Below, one piece after another: positions 59,460 through 64,000 of a stretch of DNA of 64,000 nucleotides. Made by a program: the position numbers and the translations under genes. This DNA is from a virus. Position 1 is the stretch's first letter. Each line of letters starts with the position of its first letter. Where the stretch lies: positions 64,001 to 128,000 of IMG/VR virus record IMGVR_UViG_3300033485_000002; one strand, 5' to 3'. Under the pieces are notes generated by a model. That model was not told where the DNA came from, ran no database searches, and worked only from the letters and a program-made list of their open reading frames with translations.

Positions 59460-59487
59460 CCCCCGGTGGCCACCGGGGGTCTTTTTT
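59460..59487 (+). terminator. Intrinsic terminator
   Basis: CCCCCGGTGGCCACCGGGGG-TCTTTTTT. Confidence 0.7.
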
Positions 59488-59514
59488 GCTATAGTGACCG
59501 GGCAGGAGGAGTAT

Positions 59515-59754
59515 ATGCCTAACGTAACCCTTGATAACGTCGTGGAATGTTTTACTTATCATCCGCCTGACGGTGAACAGCAGGTGCTCTATCACACCAT
59601 CCAGGAAGAGACCGTTCGGTTGGCAAAAACAATCTTGGAGTTGTGCCCGGAGTCCAGGGAAAAGGCACTGGCGATCACGAAGCTGCAAGAGGCTCGGATG
59701 TGGGCGAATGCGTCGATTGCGCTGAAGGGTGTGAAGACTAGCGACCTTAGCTAA
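59515..59754 (+). CDS. Acb2/Tad1-like nucleotide-signal sponge (anti-CBASS/anti-Thoeris-type) protein
   Basis: FTYHPP...Q...Y..I......LA..I...CPESREKALAITKLQEARMWANASIA; AGGAGG RBS. Confidence 0.7.
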   Translation: MPNVTLDNVVECFTYHPPDGEQQVLYHTIQEETVRLAKTILELCPESREKALAITKLQEARMWANASIALKGVKTSDLS

Positions 59755-59832
59755 TTAGCACCATCACTTAGCTGAGAGCGAGCTGCCGTCATTTATTGGG
59801 TGGCTCGCTTTTTGTGTGCCCGGAGGTTGTGC

Positions 59833-60417
59833 GTGGCGCTAGTCTACCGAAACATCCTTGGCCCCATTGCAGGACCGGATGGGACGGTACTTGCATCGGG
59901 TGAGTTGCGCGTGAAGCCCCTTGCCCCAATCGTTGATGGCACCACCTTTATCTCACCGGATGAGCTGGTACTGTCGATTGTAGACGGGCTGTTTACGCTC
60001 ACGTTGGCCGCTCCTGCAAACTATGAGTTCCTGGTGATCGATCAGTACAATGAGACGCTATGGAACTTTCAGGCGGGGCTGAGCGGGGAGTCGGCAGCCG
60101 ACATTCGGTTGTCGGAATTGTACTTGCTGTCGGGGGTGGAAGTAGATGATGTTGTCGATCTTTCCTTTACTTTCCCCCAGCTTCTCGATGTTCCGGGGAC
60201 GTATGTCGATCAGGCTAATAAGCTGGTAAAGGTCAACGAGGCCGAAGACGGCTTGGTTTTTACGACGCCACTCCCAATTACAACTGGGAGTGGTAGCCCG
60301 GAAGGGGCTGTGACGGCTGCAATTGGTTCTCTGTTTTTGCGTCTTGATGGTGGTGTAGGTACAACTTTGTACGTCAAAGAATCCGGCACGGGGAATACCG
60401 GCTGGGCAGCTAAGTAG
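59833..60417 (+). CDS. Virion structural protein
   Basis: C-terminal GSGSPEGAVTA.IGSL.LR.DGG..TTLYVKESGTGNTGW motif of tail proteins. Confidence 0.7.
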   Translation: MALVYRNILGPIAGPDGTVLASGELRVKPLAPIVDGTTFISPDELVLSIVDGLFTLTLAAPANYEFLVIDQYNETLWNFQAGLSGESAADIRLSELYLLSGVEVDDVVDLSFTFPQLLDVPGTYVDQANKLVKVNEAEDGLVFTTPLPITTGSGSPEGAVTAAIGSLFLRLDGGVGTTLYVKESGTGNTGWAAK

Positions 60418-60428
60418 GAGGTTTTTCT

Positions 60429-62099
60429 ATGGCTATTGGTGACGACTTCAGCGTTTCTGTTGCTGGTGATATCCGGCACGTAAGCGGGGCAACAACTTAC
60501 ACGGTGCTAGAGTTGCACCGATGGCTCCAGAATCTTGCTGATGACCCGGCAGCTTCTGGCAATGATTATCTTGACATCACGAGTGCTACTCCGTCAGAGC
60601 GGTCAACGGATAACATTATTACGCTTAATAGCCCGTATAACATCGACGCGACCGCTGCCGAGTACCTCTACGACGGCTCGATCTCGCAGGGCGGTGGAGC
60701 CGAGATGTACAGCGGGCTGGTCGTCGTGGGATCGCTTGCTGGTACCACCACCCTCCAGGTGGTGCAGGACAACGCGCTCTATGACACCGACACTCCGTTC
60801 TGGGGCACTGGGCTGAATGCCGATGCCACTCAGAACATTCTGATGCGCTGTTTGATCCTGACCCGTACCGGAAGTGCCGACATCGACGGCAAGCGTATCC
60901 GTGTGTATGCCCGTGAATGGGGCGATACCTACGCGGAGTTCTCGGTGACCATGGGTCTCGGCAACTCGGTCGCGGCTATCTTCACCAACGATGACCTGAA
61001 CAACACCACTGGTTCAGGTACGGTTGCCACCTGGACCGAGATCACCAACGTCGAGGGTTACCAGACTATCGACCTGGGTAACGGCAACGGTGCCCGTCCG
61101 TACTACTCGCAGTGGAACAGGGCTTCTTACACCATCAATCAGCTCTATGAGCGTGCCAAGTACATTACTCGCCGTGGAACCAGTGAAACCATCCACGGGA
61201 TGGACGGAGAACTGTTCCGGGGCATCACGCACCAGTGGGCTTATGACGGAGAGACCGGTACTGCATTCGTTGAGGACGAGGAGCTGTCGTGGGGGACGGG
61301 TGCGACGGCTGGTACGGGCACGTTGCTCGCACTCAAGGATGATGGGAACGCCGGTACGGTGTGGATCCAGCTTCTTACCGGTGTTCCACCGACCGACGAT
61401 CTTGCCTTCGCGGGTGCTACCGCGCAAGCGGTGGTCAACGGCACTGTGACTTCCCGCTCCCTCCCGGCTGTGTTCATCGGGCAGTCCACGGGTTCAGCCA
61501 TCATCGGTGGTTTTGGTATCGGTATCGAATCGGGTGATCTGACCGTTAATGACAAGCTTTTCGACCTGACCAACACCCAGCAGACTCCTCCGAACAACGT
61601 CATCTTCTACGTGTACGGGTTAATCAGTGGTCAGGATCGTCTGTTGGTGACCAACGACAACGGTTCCGTGGGTATCGATACGGATCAGATGTTACTGGCT
61701 ACCACTTTGAACGGTGCCACTGAAACGTCAGTGGTTGTGGGTGCCGCGAGTATTCCGGCTGATACCCCCCAGACTGGTACACTTCGGATTGTGTTGGATG
61801 ATGGACGCCACCGAGCTGTTGCCTACACAGCGCACGATAGTGACGATACCTTCACCATTGCCAGTACTGACTTTACTGACCCGAACGACGCAACTGCCGG
61901 AAACGGTGTTTATATCGCGTACCTCGATAAGGAGGCAACGGCTGCGACCGAGTCGTTCACCGTGGTCTACTCCGCTCCCAGAACTCTGTTTGTACGGGTG
62001 CGTGACGGTGGTGCAACTCCAATCAAGACCTTCCAGACTACTGCTGGGTTAGGTGCTGGCGGTGGTTCGGCGACCGCGATTCGTACTCCGGATGCGTAA
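60429..62099 (+). CDS. Virion structural (tail/baseplate-associated) protein
   Basis: T/G/D-rich 556-aa protein with YTVLELHRWLQ.LADD N-terminus; AGGAGG RBS. Confidence 0.65.
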   Translation: MAIGDDFSVSVAGDIRHVSGATTYTVLELHRWLQNLADDPAASGNDYLDITSATPSERSTDNIITLNSPYNIDATAAEYLYDGSISQGGGAEMYSGLVVVGSLAGTTTLQVVQDNALYDTDTPFWGTGLNADATQNILMRCLILTRTGSADIDGKRIRVYAREWGDTYAEFSVTMGLGNSVAAIFTNDDLNNTTGSGTVATWTEITNVEGYQTIDLGNGNGARPYYSQWNRASYTINQLYERAKYITRRGTSETIHGMDGELFRGITHQWAYDGETGTAFVEDEELSWGTGATAGTGTLLALKDDGNAGTVWIQLLTGVPPTDDLAFAGATAQAVVNGTVTSRSLPAVFIGQSTGSAIIGGFGIGIESGDLTVNDKLFDLTNTQQTPPNNVIFYVYGLISGQDRLLVTNDNGSVGIDTDQMLLATTLNGATETSVVVGAASIPADTPQTGTLRIVLDDGRHRAVAYTAHDSDDTFTIASTDFTDPNDATAGNGVYIAYLDKEATAATESFTVVYSAPRTLFVRVRDGGATPIKTFQTTAGLGAGGGSATAIRTPDA

Positions 62100-62107
62100 G
62101 GTGAGTA

Positions 62108-62596
62108 ATGACAGATGATGCGGTTAATCGTTGTGGAGGTTGTACTTTATGCTGTGACCTGTTAGAGGTCAAAGCCTTAGACAAACCTACACATACGGCA
62201 TGTAAATACTGTAGCTATGGCGTGGGGTGTTCCATCTATGGAGATGAGCAACGCCCCATCGCCTGCTCAGCCTATCAATGTGCCTACCTTTTCAATAAGA
62301 GTTGGCCGGAGTCCTTACGCCCTGATCGTTGTGGGGTTGTTTTCGAACCATTTAACGAAGATGAAAAACTCTGCTTCACAGCCTGTGTTTCTTTAGATTG
62401 GCCGAATGCTTGGCAGGAGGGGGCTGCGGCGGCTGCCATTGACCGCATGATGCGGGAAGATTGCGCTGTGATCGTTGTAGTTGGAGAAAAAAACCACGTT
62501 CTACTGCCCCCAGGTCAAACCCCAGAAATGGTTTGGGCGAGGTATGAACGTGTCGTGAGGCAGCTATGGCCGCACCGACTTACGCAACCGACTTAG
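62108..62596 (+). CDS. YkgJ-like Cys-cluster (Zn/Fe-chelating) protein
   Basis: CGGCTLCC...C.YC...GCSIY...RP.AC..YQC.YL...RPDRCG. Confidence 0.75.
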   Translation: MTDDAVNRCGGCTLCCDLLEVKALDKPTHTACKYCSYGVGCSIYGDEQRPIACSAYQCAYLFNKSWPESLRPDRCGVVFEPFNEDEKLCFTACVSLDWPNAWQEGAAAAAIDRMMREDCAVIVVVGEKNHVLLPPGQTPEMVWARYERVVRQLWPHRLTQPT

Positions 62597-64000
62597 CCGA
62601 TATCACACTGTGTGAGTCGGGGAGTTTTACCGAGTTTACTGGCTATACGGCTGGTACTATCCAGACCGTACCTGAAACCGACTACTTCATCCAAGGTTCT
62701 GGTTGCGTCAGTTCTACTTGCAAAACTACCCTTAACAGCATTGCTTTCAACTATGGTAGTGGGGTAACCGTTCCATCCAATGGGGCTGTCCTCTACTGGC
62801 AAGCTTGCTGGGTGCCCAACTCGATGAACACGTTCACCAGTGGTGGTCAACGTTGTTTCATTGGTACAGATGTTAGTAATTTCAAAGCATGGATATCCGG
62901 TGGTAGCGATTTTCCGCCAAACCCGTATGGTGGTTGGAAGAACGTTGCTATTGACCCAACTGTAACAAATGATTACTCAGCAGGGACACTTACCACCTAT
63001 CAGTACTTCGGGGTTGGGCTTAACCTGCCAACCACCTACCCTGGCAAAGGTGCGATGTTCGGCATGGATGCCATCAGATATGGCCGTGCTGAATTTCGAG
63101 TCTATAACGGTGAGAGTGGAACCCCCGCAACTTTTGCGGGGATGGCGTCCAAGAACGACGCAAATGATGCGACGAATGGCTACAATCGATGGGGGCTGTT
63201 CCAGTCCGTTGCTGGTGGTTATCTGTGGAAAGGGCTGATCACATTAGGCTATTCCGCTGCTGTTTACTTCAGCGATTCGAACAAGACCATCCTGATTGAC
63301 GACTGCCCACGGGTGGGGTCAGCGTTTACCACGTTGGATATCAAGCAGTCGGGCAGTACGGTCATCATGACCAACTGTTCGTTCACAGCGTTAGGGACCA
63401 CTACTCGGGGCACCTGGACGACGACTGATAACGCAACGGTGACGCTGACGAACTGCGTGTTCACCGATATGGGCACCTTCGGTTTCTTGTCGAACACAAC
63501 GGCCACCGGTTGCACCTTCCGTCGTACCGACCAGATCACAGCTCCAGGATCGGATCTGACCGCTTCTAGAGTTGAGCTTAGCCGAGTTGCGGCTGATACA
63601 TCAGCGGTCGTGTGGAACGTAAACACGGATACTGATGGCTATCTAGATGACATGTACTTCAGCAAGGGTACGAATGCCCACCATGCTATCGAATTGGGTA
63701 CATCCAGCCCAACTGAAGTAACCCTTCGTGGCATCACGTTTTCCGGATTCAATGGTTCGAATGCGCAAAATGACTCGGTAATTCATGTTAAACGAACGAC
63801 TGGTGCAGTAGTCATTAACGCATCAGGGTGCAACGGCACCGTCAGCTACAAGACGGATGGTGCTACGGTTTCCGTTGTCAGTGATCCGGTCACTATTACG
63901 ATCACCGTGCAGGAAGTAGACGGCACCAAGATCCAGAGCGCTCGGGTACTGTTAACAGCCTCTGACGGTACCGGGCCTTTCCCCTTTGAAGAGACGGTGA
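62566..64000 (+). CDS. Probable virion structural protein, 3'-truncated by the window edge
   Basis: ATG 62566 after GAGG (MAAPTYATDL...); T/G-rich frame appears open to the end; absent from the ORF track, consistent with no stop in the window. Confidence 0.6.
   Translation, partial: MAAPTYATDLADITLCESGSFTEFTGYTAGTIQTVPETDYFIQGSGCVSSTCKTTLNSIAFNYGSGVTVPSNGAVLYWQACWVPNSMNTFTSGGQRCFIGTDVSNFKAWISGGSDFPPNPYGGWKNVAIDPTVTNDYSAGTLTTYQYFGVGLNLPTTYPGKGAMFGMDAIRYGRAEFRVYNGESGTPATFAGMASKNDANDATNGYNRWGLFQSVAGGYLWKGLITLGYSAAVYFSDSNKTILIDDCPRVGSAFTTLDIKQSGSTVIMTNCSFTALGTTTRGTWTTTDNATVTLTNCVFTDMGTFGFLSNTTATGCTFRRTDQITAPGSDLTASRVELSRVAADTSAVVWNVNTDTDGYLDDMYFSKGTNAHHAIELGTSSPTEVTLRGITFSGFNGSNAQNDSVIHVKRTTGAVVINASGCNGTVSYKTDGATVSVVSDPVTITITVQEVDGTKIQSARVLLTASDGTGPFPFEETV

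Noticed and set aside
1-64000. Self-targets of the integrase-type guides within this window
   Set aside because: No tyrosine recombinase or matching peptide among the listed ORFs; an exhaustive gapped nucleotide search could not be done by hand, so non-coding self-targets are not excluded
1-64000. Stop-codon reassignment (alternative genetic code)
   Set aside because: Core genes are intact in code 11, TAG, TGA and TAA all end genes at tight junctions, and no suppressor tRNA was seen

Overview
64 kb of a large, GC-rich dsDNA bacteriophage genome. Essentially every credible gene is on the + strand. Left (4.9-18.5 kb): a replication/recombination module with a split family-A DNA polymerase (UDG-like + 3'-5' exonuclease gene, then polymerase gene), gp32-like SSB, RecA/UvsX, Mre11/Rad50 (SbcD/SbcC), resolvase, NYN protein and HTH proteins. 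Middle (18.7-41.7 kb): small accessory ORFs with sigma70-like promoters and three tRNAs. Right (42-64 kb): very basic modular proteins with repeated helical '...L-x-E' linkers (probable head-internal proteins), a tRNA-Gln, MarR, an Acb2/Tad1-like anti-defence protein and virion structural genes. The outstanding feature is an operon between tRNA-Val and tRNA-Leu (31.4-33.4 kb). It has a promoter, a Cas7/RAMP-like gene, an accessory gene and a non-coding array of 8 units. Each unit is a (G/A)(G/A)CTGTC handle followed by about 12-22 pentamers of the form 'G-led triplet + variable NN'. A ninth, orphan unit with perfect GGY-NN pentamers lies between the two halves of the split polymerase (6198-6267). 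This resembles the recently reported VIPR-type gapped-guide systems (recalled, not verified here). When the NN pairs are read as codon positions 1-2 with the wobble base skipped, several units spell tyrosine-integrase motifs: TG[IM]RP[SR][DE]ALGL.[CW], RLY[DE]L[SR][HQ]T[CW]A, P[NK][IM]TS[DE]RLG[HQ]S and [HQ][NK]SGGVT[DE][SR]Y[IM][HQ]. One unit spells an HTH motif. This suggests an RNA-guided, wobble-insensitive weapon against integrases of competing mobile elements. All decoding was done by hand and no database searches were run.
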